Shown in pieces: positions 41,473 to 51,717 of a stretch of 64,000 nt of DNA. The notes under the pieces were generated by a model. That model had not been told where the DNA came from, ran no database searches, and saw only the letters and a list, made by a program, of their open reading frames with translations. Both the position numbers and the translations under genes were made by a program. Source of the stretch: Evtepia sp. (lineage in GTDB: Bacteria > Bacillota > Clostridia > Lachnospirales > Lachnospiraceae); contig CAVBPJ010000005.1 of NCBI GenBank assembly GCA_963597265.1, forward strand, positions 582 through 64,581, written 5' to 3'. Position 1 is the first letter of the stretch. Each line of letters starts with the position of its first letter.

Positions 41473-42423
41473 CTATTCTATGAACATATCCCTATTGGCT
41501 TCCTTCCATGCGGCATATGCAGACTCCCCGTCTTCATCTATTACATACCCCATATTACCAGTTATATAGAATGAATACTCACATGGAATATGCCCCATCT
41601 CAAGAACCATCAGAAACTGTTTATATCTGTTATCCTTATTAAATTCAGCATAATCAATATAATATACATCTGTTGTCTCTATCTGTCTGGCTGCCAGCAG
41701 GTCACATTCAGAGTAATTATTATCCTTAAATGTATCCCAGGTGTTCAGCTTTTGATTCGATGAATATCTGTCATCTTCAGAAAGATATCTGTTCCACACC
41801 TCATGTGGTATACCATATATACTCAACTTAATATCTGGAACACTGTCAAAAAAGTCCTCATATATAGCAAACGATATTGCTATCACATCAACAGGTGAAA
41901 CTTCATGTTTCATTATTTTATCATCATCTTTCCCCATACTGGCTGACTCATCTTCCTCTATTATGTGTGAGTCAGAAAACGCTTGACTTACTGTATAATT
42001 AAATGCCTCATTGGTTTGCTTTTCCAGTTCATCACTATATTCCTGACTAGGCTTAGCAATACCAAATCCGGTTACATTCTTTATTTTCATGCCAGCAGGC
42101 TTATTAATTTTTTCATAAATATCATAATCCATCTCCAGTGAATAAGCAGTCTCTGCATATTGGACACCTCTTTTTCTATAAGTCTCTGCAATATTCGGAA
42201 AAAACAGTTCATCTTCCCCAAACTGAATTTTCTTGTACCTGTCCTCCGAATCGTTATCTGAATCTGAGCTTCCGCTTTCTTTTTCCTTAGTCGCTGCCTG
42301 TGTAACCTCTGGTTTATCAAGCAGTTTGGAACTTTCATCTGATACTACATCTTTGTTTCCAGAACATGCACTCACTGTAAACATAACTCCCAATAATGCT
42401 GCTGTTAATAATACCTTTCTCAT
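41473..42423 (-). CDS. Lipoprotein of unknown function, paralogue 3
   Basis: MRKVLL...VSA|C lipobox; AAGGAGG RBS. Confidence 0.8.
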   Translation of the reverse strand: MRKVLLTAALLGVMFTVSACSGNKDVVSDESSKLLDKPEVTQAATKEKESGSSDSDNDSEDRYKKIQFGEDELFFPNIAETYRKRGVQYAETAYSLEMDYDIYEKINKPAGMKIKNVTGFGIAKPSQEYSDELEKQTNEAFNYTVSQAFSDSHIIEEDESASMGKDDDKIMKHEVSPVDVIAISFAIYEDFFDSVPDIKLSIYGIPHEVWNRYLSEDDRYSSNQKLNTWDTFKDNNYSECDLLAARQIETTDVYYIDYAEFNKDNRYKQFLMVLEMGHIPCEYSFYITGNMGYVIDEDGESAYAAWKEANRDMFIE

Positions 42424-42471
42424 AAGCCGCCTCCTTTTCTCTTTTAGTTTGTATGCTACCTTGTTTTCTGT

Positions 42472-42504
42472 ATTATATAATATGTAACTTACATCTAACT
42501 TACA
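42472..42504 (-). promoter_or_regulatory. Internal promoter with 11-bp-periodic direct repeat
   Basis: Minus strand TGTAAGTTA-GA-TGTAAGTTA over the -35 region, then TATAAT at 42477-42472. Confidence 0.5.
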
Positions 42505-42525
42505 CGGCTTATCGTATACGCATAA

Positions 42526-43503
42526 CTACTCTATGAACTTATCCTTATTATTCTCTTTCCACTTAGCATAATCTTCCGGTTTACTTATGTTATAATTCAT
42601 GGCATCATTAATAACCACTGCATAATCAACCGGCATTTCATCAAATTCTGCCACTATGAATAACTGCTTATATCTGTTATCCTTGTTATACTCACTATAA
42701 TCCATATAATATACGCCACTTTTATCAATTTCCCTACTGGCGAGTTTATCACAGTCTGAATAATTATTTTCAGCCAGTGCTGACATCATGGCTTCACTAT
42801 CATTATAAGAATATACATCGTCTTCCGGCATGTATTTATTCCACGTTGAATAACTCATTCCATATACATTTACTGTAAGATTAGGTATAGTTTCATAAAA
42901 GCTCTCATATAAAGCAAATGACACTGCCTGTACATCTACATGTTTGAACTCGTTCTTCATTTTTTTATTTCTATCAGCTTCTTCATCTCTTGCATAACCT
43001 TCATTTTCTTCTCTATATGCCCTTGCCACTCTTGTCTTAATTAATTCATTCTTTGATTCAGCCATTCCATCTCTTGTAATTTCCTTTTCTTCTGAGTCAA
43101 CTGCAAATTCTGGAAACGCTGCAGCACAACAACTTAATTGCATATTACCTTCTACTGAAGAAGTACCATCTGGACGGTTTATTGACTGATACATTCTCAA
43201 ATTTTTCGAGTTGATTTCAAAATACGCATCATACAGATACTGTACACCTCGTATCTTGTCACTTTCTTTTATTATTGGAAAATATATTTCATATATTCCA
43301 TACTGGATTTTCTCATATTTTCCTGTCTCATCTGTTCCTGAATCACCATTAACACTTTCACTTTCCTTAGTTGATGCCTGTGTAACCTCTGGATTAGCAA
43401 GCAGTTCAGAATTTTCATCTGATACAACATCTTTGTTTCCTGAACAAGCACTCACTGTAAACATAACTCCCAATAATGCTGCTGTTAATAATACCTTTCT
43501 CAT
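42526..43503 (-). CDS. Lipoprotein of unknown function, paralogue 2
   Basis: ATG 43503 after AAGGAGG; first 30 aa identical to paralogue 3. Confidence 0.8.
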   Translation of the reverse strand: MRKVLLTAALLGVMFTVSACSGNKDVVSDENSELLANPEVTQASTKESESVNGDSGTDETGKYEKIQYGIYEIYFPIIKESDKIRGVQYLYDAYFEINSKNLRMYQSINRPDGTSSVEGNMQLSCCAAAFPEFAVDSEEKEITRDGMAESKNELIKTRVARAYREENEGYARDEEADRNKKMKNEFKHVDVQAVSFALYESFYETIPNLTVNVYGMSYSTWNKYMPEDDVYSYNDSEAMMSALAENNYSDCDKLASREIDKSGVYYMDYSEYNKDNRYKQLFIVAEFDEMPVDYAVVINDAMNYNISKPEDYAKWKENNKDKFIE

Positions 43504-43531
43504 AAGCCCCTCCTTTTCCCCATTCGGTTGT

Positions 43532-44473
43532 CTAACCTTTATCATTTATATTGATGAACATGTCTGCATGTTCCTTTTTCCAGCTTGTATACTTTGCTTC
43601 ATCATTAATATTGTAACGGCCGACATTTATGGTATAGACCCAGTTATAACGCGGTTTTTCACTAAATGTATACTTTACAATATAATTTCCATACTGTGCC
43701 TTTTTACTAAACTCAGAATAATCTATATAATATACACCGGTCTCAGTAATCTTTTTTGTCGCTAGCAGCTCACATGATTCTAGATTATCTTTTTCCAGCT
43801 TGTCATAAAAATCAAAAAATTTCTTGCTATAAAATTTCTTGCCAAGTTTTTCTTTAAATAAAGACTGTGGTATTCCATATACCTCTACAGTGCATACCGG
43901 TCCGCCATAATCTTTAAAATCCTCATACAATGCAAAGGAATATGCTGCAACATCAACATCTGCCATTGTATCGTCACCGGATTTATATTCTTTATCATTA
44001 TCCCCAACAAAATATGCAAATGCCAAATGTACATATTCATCACCTATTCCTTTGGCTGAATCTGAGTTGTATTTTAATGCAAACTCCGGAGTAGACCATG
44101 CATTGGCAACCATACTATCACATGCTGAATTTCCTTCTTTACTTGATGTTCCTTCTGGTCTTGCTTCCCCTTGTAATTCTGACCATCTATTATATAATGC
44201 ATTCCCTTTTAAATACCTATCCTCCTCAATGTAACGCACGCCCTTTTTCTTTTCCTCTATATAAGGATAATACACATACAGTCCAGTAGAAGTTGGTTCA
44301 TCAAAAACAATAAAATCATTAACAACTGTATATCCACTCTCACTCTTTGTTGTCTCATATTCCTGAAGCACATAGTTTGGCTCAGTCAGTGTCTCGTTAC
44401 TGTCATGTTGTCCGCAAGACAACAACTGCAGCGACATTGCTGCTAATAATACACATGCTATTTGTCTTTTCAT
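43532..44473 (-). CDS. Lipoprotein of unknown function, paralogue 1
   Basis: MKRQIAC...LLS|C lipobox; shares GV.Y, RP.GTSS.EGN, SFALYE, YG, C..LA, VYY.DY.E and WK..F motifs with paralogues 2 and 3. Confidence 0.75.
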   Translation of the reverse strand: MKRQIACVLLAAMSLQLLSCGQHDSNETLTEPNYVLQEYETTKSESGYTVVNDFIVFDEPTSTGLYVYYPYIEEKKKGVRYIEEDRYLKGNALYNRWSELQGEARPEGTSSKEGNSACDSMVANAWSTPEFALKYNSDSAKGIGDEYVHLAFAYFVGDNDKEYKSGDDTMADVDVAAYSFALYEDFKDYGGPVCTVEVYGIPQSLFKEKLGKKFYSKKFFDFYDKLEKDNLESCELLATKKITETGVYYIDYSEFSKKAQYGNYIVKYTFSEKPRYNWVYTINVGRYNINDEAKYTSWKKEHADMFININDKG

Positions 44474-44588
44474 ACTCAATTCCGCCATTCCCCCCGAAAA
44501 TAAAAAGCTATAACCAATGCAACCTGTTTTTCACAATATCTGTTACATTGATTATAGCTTTATTTTATATATTATCCTAGATATATGT

Positions 44589-44618
44589 CACGAAATGACG
44601 AAAAAGCGGCATGAAATG
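44589..44618 (-). promoter_or_regulatory. LytTR-type direct-repeat operator
   Basis: CACGAAATG (44589-44597) and CATGAAATG (44610-44618): 9-bp repeats 12 bp apart; minus-strand TATAAT at 44556-44551. Confidence 0.65.
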
Positions 44619-44710
44619 CATCTTTAATCATATTACACTGATATTTTTCGTTGCTATTTTATTTCGGTATTGTATAATATATTTATATTTTTAAATGTTA
44701 CGGAGACCTT

Positions 44711-45415
44711 ATGAATATTATTATATGTGACGACAATACTCTTATATGTAATGAAATTAATTCGCTCGTATCTGAATTTTTCAGAACCAATAATATGACA
44801 ATGCCTGTTTTTCATACATTTACTGATGGGAAATCTCTTTTATCATCTAATGTCAGACCAGATATTGTCTTTCTTGATATTCAGATGCCGGAATTGTCTG
44901 GTATAGATGTGGGGAACATATTACACAACAAGTATCCTGATTCTATTATTATAGTAATAACCTCTTTCATGGATTATCTGGATGATGCCATGCGTTTTAA
45001 TGTTTTCAGATATATATCGAAACCAATTGATAAAGACCGTCTCTTTCGCAATATGCAGGATGCTGTCGCCGCATACAATAGCCAGAACTCAACACTATAT
45101 GTAAAATGTGGTTCTGACTATGTGGTTATCAATCAGAATGATATCATAATGGTTGAAGCTTCTTTGAGACAGACCATTATATATACAACTAATGGTAATT
45201 TTAAAACTTATCAGTCATTTTCAGAAATAAAAGAAAAGCTGGAGCACAATTATTTTTATCAGTGCCATAGAAGTTTTATTATTAACTTGAATTATGTGGT
45301 TTCTCACAATTCGCACAATATATATCTTAATAGTAACTTGTCTGCAGATGTTGCAGCTAGAAAATATACAGATTTTAAAGAACACTATGCTGCATATGTT
45401 AACTCGCATGTTTAG
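44711..45415 (+). CDS. LytTR-family response regulator (AgrA-like)
   Basis: ICDD, VFLDIQMP, YISKP, FYQCHRSFIINL. Confidence 0.95.
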   Translation: MNIIICDDNTLICNEINSLVSEFFRTNNMTMPVFHTFTDGKSLLSSNVRPDIVFLDIQMPELSGIDVGNILHNKYPDSIIIVITSFMDYLDDAMRFNVFRYISKPIDKDRLFRNMQDAVAAYNSQNSTLYVKCGSDYVVINQNDIIMVEASLRQTIIYTTNGNFKTYQSFSEIKEKLEHNYFYQCHRSFIINLNYVVSHNSHNIYLNSNLSADVAARKYTDFKEHYAAYVNSHV

Positions 45416-45428
45416 ATAAAGGAGATTT

Positions 45429-46748
45429 ATGGATAATTCACTTACATATTATACGGTTGCCTCTGTGATTGAAGCATTTATTTTATGGCTTTATTGTAAT
45501 AAACTCTTCAAGCAGAGATTGAACACTCCGCTCTCAATATTAATAGCAATAATTATGAATTTGTTATCAGCGCCTGTATATATGTTACATTTTCCTGTTT
45601 TGAATATTATTTCTTTTATTCTTATTACATATATTGTTACCATTATAATATCTGATATTTCCTTTTTTTCTGCTATTTTTCACAGCCTTATGCTGACAAT
45701 TATAATGGGGTTATCTGAATTATTAGTTGTAGGCTTTGTCCCTAATCTTTGTATATTATTTTACCGTGAATCAAGCACTATTAATAATACTGCACTTTAT
45801 GTTTTCATAAGTAAAACAATTTATCTATTCATATCACAGGCTGTATCCACAATCCTGAAAAAAAGAAAAGGTTCATATCCTTACTCTGATAGAAGCACGC
45901 TTTTTCTTTCTATCATTCCTGCAATATCTATAATTATTATGTTATGTCTGTGTTTTATATGTATAAGCATGCCACTTCCCTCAAAGGTTAATACATGTAT
46001 TTCTGTGTCCATACTGCTGTTACTGGCAATTAACATGTTCACATTTTATATGCAGCAGATTATTGTCAGAAAGAACAATGAAAATGCCCGCCTTTTACTT
46101 GAATTACAACGCGAATCGGATAATGTACAGTATTATAATTCTCTCAAAGACAATTATGATAAACAGCGGATATTGATTCATGATATCAAAGAGCACCTTA
46201 ATACAATCGCAGCCCTCAATGATGGAAGTCATACGAAAGAAATATCTGATTATATATCTGAGCTTTCTGACAGTGATGCACTTAAAAGATCAAGAACATA
46301 TTGCCGTAATCCTATATTTAATGCAATTCTGTCACGTTATGCACAGATATGTGCCAGCAAAGATATCAGTTTTGCTGCTGACATAAGATACAGGACATTG
46401 GAATATTTTTCTGCTAACGATTATGCTTCATTGTTCGGTAATCTGCTTGACAATGCTGTTGCCGCTGCAAGCGGTACTCCGCATGCATTTATTGACTGTA
46501 ATGTCTCACTTATACAGAATGGCAATGCAGATCTTATCATCGTTACCAACTCATGCAGTAATAATCCGATTGCCCCTGATGGAACTTTACATACAACCAA
46601 AGCGGACACTATTAATCATGGTCTTGGAACACGAAGCATTAAAAGAATTGCTGACAGTTACGATGGAATTATGCAATATTCGTACGATGAGAAAGACCAT
46701 TATTTTAAATACACTATATTAATACAACACCCTGGCATCATGCAATAG
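45429..46748 (+). CDS. GHKL sensor histidine kinase (AgrC/VirS-like)
   Basis: About six TMs; HDIKEHL, GNLLDNA, TTK...HGLG. Confidence 0.93.
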   Translation: MDNSLTYYTVASVIEAFILWLYCNKLFKQRLNTPLSILIAIIMNLLSAPVYMLHFPVLNIISFILITYIVTIIISDISFFSAIFHSLMLTIIMGLSELLVVGFVPNLCILFYRESSTINNTALYVFISKTIYLFISQAVSTILKKRKGSYPYSDRSTLFLSIIPAISIIIMLCLCFICISMPLPSKVNTCISVSILLLLAINMFTFYMQQIIVRKNNENARLLLELQRESDNVQYYNSLKDNYDKQRILIHDIKEHLNTIAALNDGSHTKEISDYISELSDSDALKRSRTYCRNPIFNAILSRYAQICASKDISFAADIRYRTLEYFSANDYASLFGNLLDNAVAAASGTPHAFIDCNVSLIQNGNADLIIVTNSCSNNPIAPDGTLHTTKADTINHGLGTRSIKRIADSYDGIMQYSYDEKDHYFKYTILIQHPGIMQ

Positions 46749-46846
46749 TTTTGGCATATTCTGCAATATATGGCATATTCGGTAATATACTTTACATATG
46801 CATCGGGTAGTTTTGGCACATTCGGTAATATATGGCACATTCTGCA
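46747..46846. repeat. Two pairs of 19-bp-spaced direct repeats (TGGCAYATTC)
   Basis: ggca cores at 46753, 46772, 46815 and 46834. Confidence 0.8.
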
Positions 46847-46857
46847 CTTGACAACAT

Positions 46858-46906
46858 AAAAATCAGGGATTCCAGTTATATTTAATAACCGAAATCCCTG
46901 ATTTTA
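46858..46906. terminator. Bidirectional intrinsic terminator between the kinase gene and tkt
   Basis: AAAATCAGGGATT...AATCCCTGATTTT inverted repeat between convergent genes. Confidence 0.85.
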
Positions 46907-46956
46907 TTATATTAATTCTTCATTAATATTAATTCATCTTATATTGTTCTATCATC

Positions 46957-48945
46957 TTAGAAAAGGCTCTTAACAGTGTTAACTACATTCTCTACTGTGA
47001 ATCCGAAATGCTCGAATAACTGGTTAGCCGGACCTGAAGCTCCGAAGCCCTTCATGCAGATAACCTTGCCGTCAAGACCTACATATCTGTACCATCCAAA
47101 GTCTGAAAGTGCTTCAACTGCAACTCTCTTTCTTACACTCTTAGGAAGTACTGATTCCTTGTATTCATCTGACTGCTTCTCGAATACATCCATAGATGGC
47201 ATACTTACTACTCTTACATCAATTCCTGCATTCTTAAGTTCTGCCTTTGCAGATACAGCTAAGTTCACTTCTGAACCGCTTGCAATAATGATTCCATCTG
47301 GAGTCTCTTTATCAGAATCCTCAAGAATATATGCACCCTTAAGTGCTTCCTTAGATGAACCTGCCATCTGTGGAAGATTCTGTCTTGTAAGAACTAATGC
47401 TGTTGGCTCATCCTTAGACTCAATAGCATATTCCCACGCAAGTGCTGTCTCTGTTCTGTCACATGGTCTGAATACTGTGAAATCAGGCATTGAGCGGAAT
47501 GCTGCAAGCTGCTCGATTGGCTCATGTGTAGGTCCGTCCTCGCCAACTCCGATACTGTCATGTGTGAATACATATACAACTGGTAACTTCATAAGTGATG
47601 TAAGTCTTGCCATTGGCTTTGTATAATCACTGAATACGAAGAATGTTGCAACGAATGGTCTTAATCCACCGTGAAGTGCAAGTCCGTTACCAATTGCTGC
47701 CATAGCCTGCTCTCTTACACCAAAGTGAAGGTTAGTTCCTGCATAGTTCTGCTTAGAGAAGTCACCGGCATCCTTCATATTAGTCTTATTAGATGGTGCT
47801 AAATCTGCTGAACCACCGATAAGGTTAGGCATTACATTCTTAATCATATTAAGAATTGTTCCACTTGAACTTCTTGTTGCCTCTGCCTTCTCAGGCTTTG
47901 CAAGATATTCTTCTGAATTGAATAAATCGGACATATCACAACCATTGTAATACTTATCCCAGAGTTCTTTCATCTCAGGGAACTTCTCACAATACTCTGC
48001 AAAAAGCTTATTCCATTCTTCTTCTGGCTTAGCCATTCTTGCAGCTATCTCTTTATAATGGTCATATACTTCCTGTGGTACTTCGAAATCACCCTTGCAT
48101 GACCAGTTGAGGTTTTCCTTAAGTGCTGCAACATTATCAACACCAAGAGGCTCGCCGTGTGCACTTGCCTTACCCTGCTTTGCAGGACAGCCATATCCAA
48201 TCATAGTGTTAACCTTGATAAGTGATGGTCTTTCTTTATCTGCCTTAGCTTCTTCAATAGCCTTGCCGATAGCTTCGATATCATTGCCATCAGCAACTTC
48301 GATTGTCTGGAAGCCAAATGCTTCAAATCTCTTCATTACATTTTCTGTAAATGCAATATCTGTACTTCCTTCGATTGATATATTGTTAGAATCATAGAAT
48401 ACAATAAGCTTTGAAAGACCTAATGTTCCTGCAAGTGAGAAACACTCTGATGAAATACCTTCCATCATACAGCCGTCTCCACCAAGTACATATGTGTAAT
48501 GGTCAACTACATTGTATCCGTCTTTATTAAATACTGATGCAAGATGTGCTTCTGCCATAGCCATACCAACTGCCATAGCCATACCCTGTCCAAGAGGTCC
48601 TGTTGTAGCTTCAACACCAACTGTGTGGCCATATTCTGGATGACCTGGTGTCTTAGAACCCATCTGTCTGAAATTCTTTACATCATCTAAAGAAAGATTG
48701 CCAATTCCAAGTAAATGGAACAATGAGTAAAGAAGCATTGAACCATGTCCACCAGAAAGAACGAATCTGTCTCTGTTCTCCCATTCTGGATTAGCTGGAT
48801 TGTAATTCATATGGTTAGTCCATAATTCATAAGCTGTTGGTGCAGTTCCAAGTGGAAGTCCAGGATGTCCTGAATTAGCCTTCTGGATTGCATCTGCTGA
48901 CAATACTCTGATTGCATTAATTGACATTTCATCGATGTTAGTCAT
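46957..48945 (-). CDS. tkt: Transketolase
   Basis: [53 protein letters not shown]. Confidence 0.97.
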   Translation of the reverse strand: MTNIDEMSINAIRVLSADAIQKANSGHPGLPLGTAPTAYELWTNHMNYNPANPEWENRDRFVLSGGHGSMLLYSLFHLLGIGNLSLDDVKNFRQMGSKTPGHPEYGHTVGVEATTGPLGQGMAMAVGMAMAEAHLASVFNKDGYNVVDHYTYVLGGDGCMMEGISSECFSLAGTLGLSKLIVFYDSNNISIEGSTDIAFTENVMKRFEAFGFQTIEVADGNDIEAIGKAIEEAKADKERPSLIKVNTMIGYGCPAKQGKASAHGEPLGVDNVAALKENLNWSCKGDFEVPQEVYDHYKEIAARMAKPEEEWNKLFAEYCEKFPEMKELWDKYYNGCDMSDLFNSEEYLAKPEKAEATRSSSGTILNMIKNVMPNLIGGSADLAPSNKTNMKDAGDFSKQNYAGTNLHFGVREQAMAAIGNGLALHGGLRPFVATFFVFSDYTKPMARLTSLMKLPVVYVFTHDSIGVGEDGPTHEPIEQLAAFRSMPDFTVFRPCDRTETALAWEYAIESKDEPTALVLTRQNLPQMAGSSKEALKGAYILEDSDKETPDGIIIASGSEVNLAVSAKAELKNAGIDVRVVSMPSMDVFEKQSDEYKESVLPKSVRKRVAVEALSDFGWYRYVGLDGKVICMKGFGASGPANQLFEHFGFTVENVVNTVKSLF

Positions 48946-48993
48946 AGTTTCCTCCCTGTGTAAGCACATCTGTGCATATTATAGATATATAAG

Positions 48994-51717
48994 TTATCTG
49001 TCTTTAAAATCTGCCTCTGTCAAGAATATAACATCACCATTCTCGCTTCTCTTCTTCTTAAGTCCGCCAAAGAATCTTCTTGATGCTCTCTTCTCAGAAT
49101 TAACGATAGCCTGATTGATTATTTCCTTGATATCATCAAGTTTAATATTATCATTCACGTTATGGAGTTTGTCAATCTTAAGATACAGCTCAAGTAACGC
49201 ATTATCGTCAACCTCGTACTGTCTCTTTCTTGCAAATCTCTTTGCCATCTCAACAAGCTCATTAACTGTGTACTGCTTAAGTACAATTCTGTGATTGAAT
49301 GTCTTGGTAAGTTCAGGATTAAAGTTGATAAGAACATTCATGTCTGTATCTGAATCCTCAAATATAACAATCATTCTGTCTGTATCCTGTTCAAGACAGT
49401 TAAGCAGTTCATTAATTCTCTTAGGCTGGATTGTGCCCGCGCCTTCGACAATAAGAGCTGTTCCCTTAAGTCTGCCCATTGCCTTGGCAATACCTCTCTG
49501 GTTAATACTCTCTCCTGATGTCTTGGCAATCTTCTTCTGCTGGTCTGGATATAAAGTATTAATGGCTCTTACTATAGTTCTTGCAAGATCTGTTTTATCA
49601 GAACTTGAATTACCTGATATAAGTATATTACCTCTTGATGAAGAACTCATATTCATCTCTCCATCAATTGAATCAAAAAGATCTGCTAACTGTTCCTCAA
49701 GACCTGGCATATCTCTGTATTTTCTGAATATCTTAGCCAGCTCTCCTGTAAGCTTCTTCTCTTTCTGCTCAGTTTCTTCAATCTCTTCTTCCATAATTAA
49801 TGGCTGTTCTTCTTCATGTCTGGTGAAAGGATCTACTGTTTCTTCCGGCTCAACACCTGCAGCTACCTCATCTAGTACAACAGCCTCCTCACCTTCTTCT
49901 TTATTGTCTTTATTATCAATATCTTCATTCATTATTGAATTGATATCTGAAATCATTGTCTCTGAAACAGTTGGTATCTGTGCTGTTACCAATGGAACAA
50001 CTTCACTTGCCACAACTGTTGCTGCCTGCTCAAGTCTTGCTGCTGCCTTACCTGTTCTTATGGCAAGATCCATTCTTGCAGAATCAACTGCCATCTGTGC
50101 TATAGCAGCTCTCTTGGCTTCTTCCTTGTCAATCTCTTTGCCGTCAGCCTTTGCCTCTTCCTTCTTCTGCTCTACAAGCTTTTCGTAAGCTGCACTCTTC
50201 TCGTCTTTCTCATCAAGATAACGCTCAAGCTCTGACTTAGAGAATTCCTTAGTATCCTGCTTACCATACTTTTCTTCTCTGACAGACTGCATCCACTCTG
50301 TTATATCCATCTGACCTTCAATCTGGTCATCATCTTCCTGAGCTTCTGCATCTTCATTAACAACCTGTTCAACTACAGGAGCAGGAGTCTTAACCTCCTC
50401 TGCAGGCTGTTCTTCCTTATTCTTGGAAGCTGGTACAAATGTCTTGACATCGTCATCTTCTTCCTCATCACCGAATAAGTCATTCATCTTGGCTGCAAGT
50501 TCTTCCTGAAGATTTCTTGTATCATAGAGACTGTTATATTCTGGTACTGGAACATTGATATCAATATTCTCTGCTTCCTTATTGATTCTTTCCTCAGCTT
50601 CTTTTCTCTGTTCAGCTTCATCTTCTTTATGAATCTGCTCATAATTATTAGCTAACTTCTGCTTTGCATTCTCAATAAGTTCCTTAAGTGAAACATTTGC
50701 CTTATTAATCTCGCTTGAGAAATTCTTCTCTCCATCTTCGCTAAGTGTCTCAGAAACCTCTGGCTTCTCCACCTGAGGAGTCTCTATCTTAGACATAACA
50801 ACAGCGCTGTCCTTAGTATTATCTGCATCCTCATCCTTATTCAGAGCTTTCATTAAAAATGCTTTGATATCATCATTCTGATCATTCTGTACAAGGTCTA
50901 TTGAAAGAGGTCCTTCTTCCTGTTCCTTGTCATATTCTGGAACATTAAGACTTACCTCTGGTGCAGGCTGTTTGCCAGATGCTTTCTGCTCTTCCTCGTC
51001 GTCTTCGCGGAAAACATCTTCAACTTCATCTCTCTTAAGATTAGCAAGCTCTTTCTGCTTTGCAAAAAGTTCTTCCTTATTAGCTTCAACATCACTCTTT
51101 CTCTTCATGACATCATCTAAGATGCCCTTCTGTGTCTTAGTAAGAACAACGCCAAGCTTCTCCTTTAACTGTACTGCTTTCTCAACATATGTACCATCCT
51201 GAAACCACAGAACAATATTATCACATGTCTTAATACATTCTTCTTTTCTTCCAGTCTTATAATAAAGTCTTGCAAGCTCATACATATACTTCTCATCAAT
51301 CTCATGATCTCTGTATTCCTCTAAGATACTTACAAGTTCATTATCAGATGCGTTCTGCGCTTTTCTGAGGTCATAATACAGAATGAATCTGCTTACATCA
51401 TGCTGTGAAGATTTGCTGTATTCTTCATAAAGCTCGTTGGCATTGTCATAATCTCCAACTTTAATAAAGAATTCAGTAAGCTTATATACAAGCTTTCTTC
51501 CTCCGAGGTTTCTATTATAAGCAAGAATAGCCATATCTCTTGCTTCTTCAAAGTCACCGACTGCTTCCTGTACATTGATAACAGTAGCCAGTGCCTGCCA
51601 GTCTTTAACCTTGGTCCAGTTAATATCCTTAGCTATGGCTGCTGCCTCTGCATATTCTTTTTTTGCTGCCAGTTTCTTAATCTGGTCTATCTTAATTCCT
51701 AATTCGTATTTATTCAT
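48994..51717 (-). CDS. TPR-like N-terminus, acidic linker and degenerate SpoVK/CbbX-like AAA domain
   Basis: Helical repeats; ILISGNSSSDKT; NPELTKTF...YTVNELVEMA; GAGGA RBS before 51717. Confidence 0.7.
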   Translation of the reverse strand: MNKYELGIKIDQIKKLAAKKEYAEAAAIAKDINWTKVKDWQALATVINVQEAVGDFEEARDMAILAYNRNLGGRKLVYKLTEFFIKVGDYDNANELYEEYSKSSQHDVSRFILYYDLRKAQNASDNELVSILEEYRDHEIDEKYMYELARLYYKTGRKEECIKTCDNIVLWFQDGTYVEKAVQLKEKLGVVLTKTQKGILDDVMKRKSDVEANKEELFAKQKELANLKRDEVEDVFREDDEEEQKASGKQPAPEVSLNVPEYDKEQEEGPLSIDLVQNDQNDDIKAFLMKALNKDEDADNTKDSAVVMSKIETPQVEKPEVSETLSEDGEKNFSSEINKANVSLKELIENAKQKLANNYEQIHKEDEAEQRKEAEERINKEAENIDINVPVPEYNSLYDTRNLQEELAAKMNDLFGDEEEDDDVKTFVPASKNKEEQPAEEVKTPAPVVEQVVNEDAEAQEDDDQIEGQMDITEWMQSVREEKYGKQDTKEFSKSELERYLDEKDEKSAAYEKLVEQKKEEAKADGKEIDKEEAKRAAIAQMAVDSARMDLAIRTGKAAARLEQAATVVASEVVPLVTAQIPTVSETMISDINSIMNEDIDNKDNKEEGEEAVVLDEVAAGVEPEETVDPFTRHEEEQPLIMEEEIEETEQKEKKLTGELAKIFRKYRDMPGLEEQLADLFDSIDGEMNMSSSSRGNILISGNSSSDKTDLARTIVRAINTLYPDQQKKIAKTSGESINQRGIAKAMGRLKGTALIVEGAGTIQPKRINELLNCLEQDTDRMIVIFEDSDTDMNVLINFNPELTKTFNHRIVLKQYTVNELVEMAKRFARKRQYEVDDNALLELYLKIDKLHNVNDNIKLDDIKEIINQAIVNSEKRASRRFFGGLKKKRSENGDVIFLTEADFKDR

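Noticed and set aside
44489..44710. AgrD-like or bacteriocin peptide gene
   Set aside because: No RBS-supported small ORF found on either strand in this gap.
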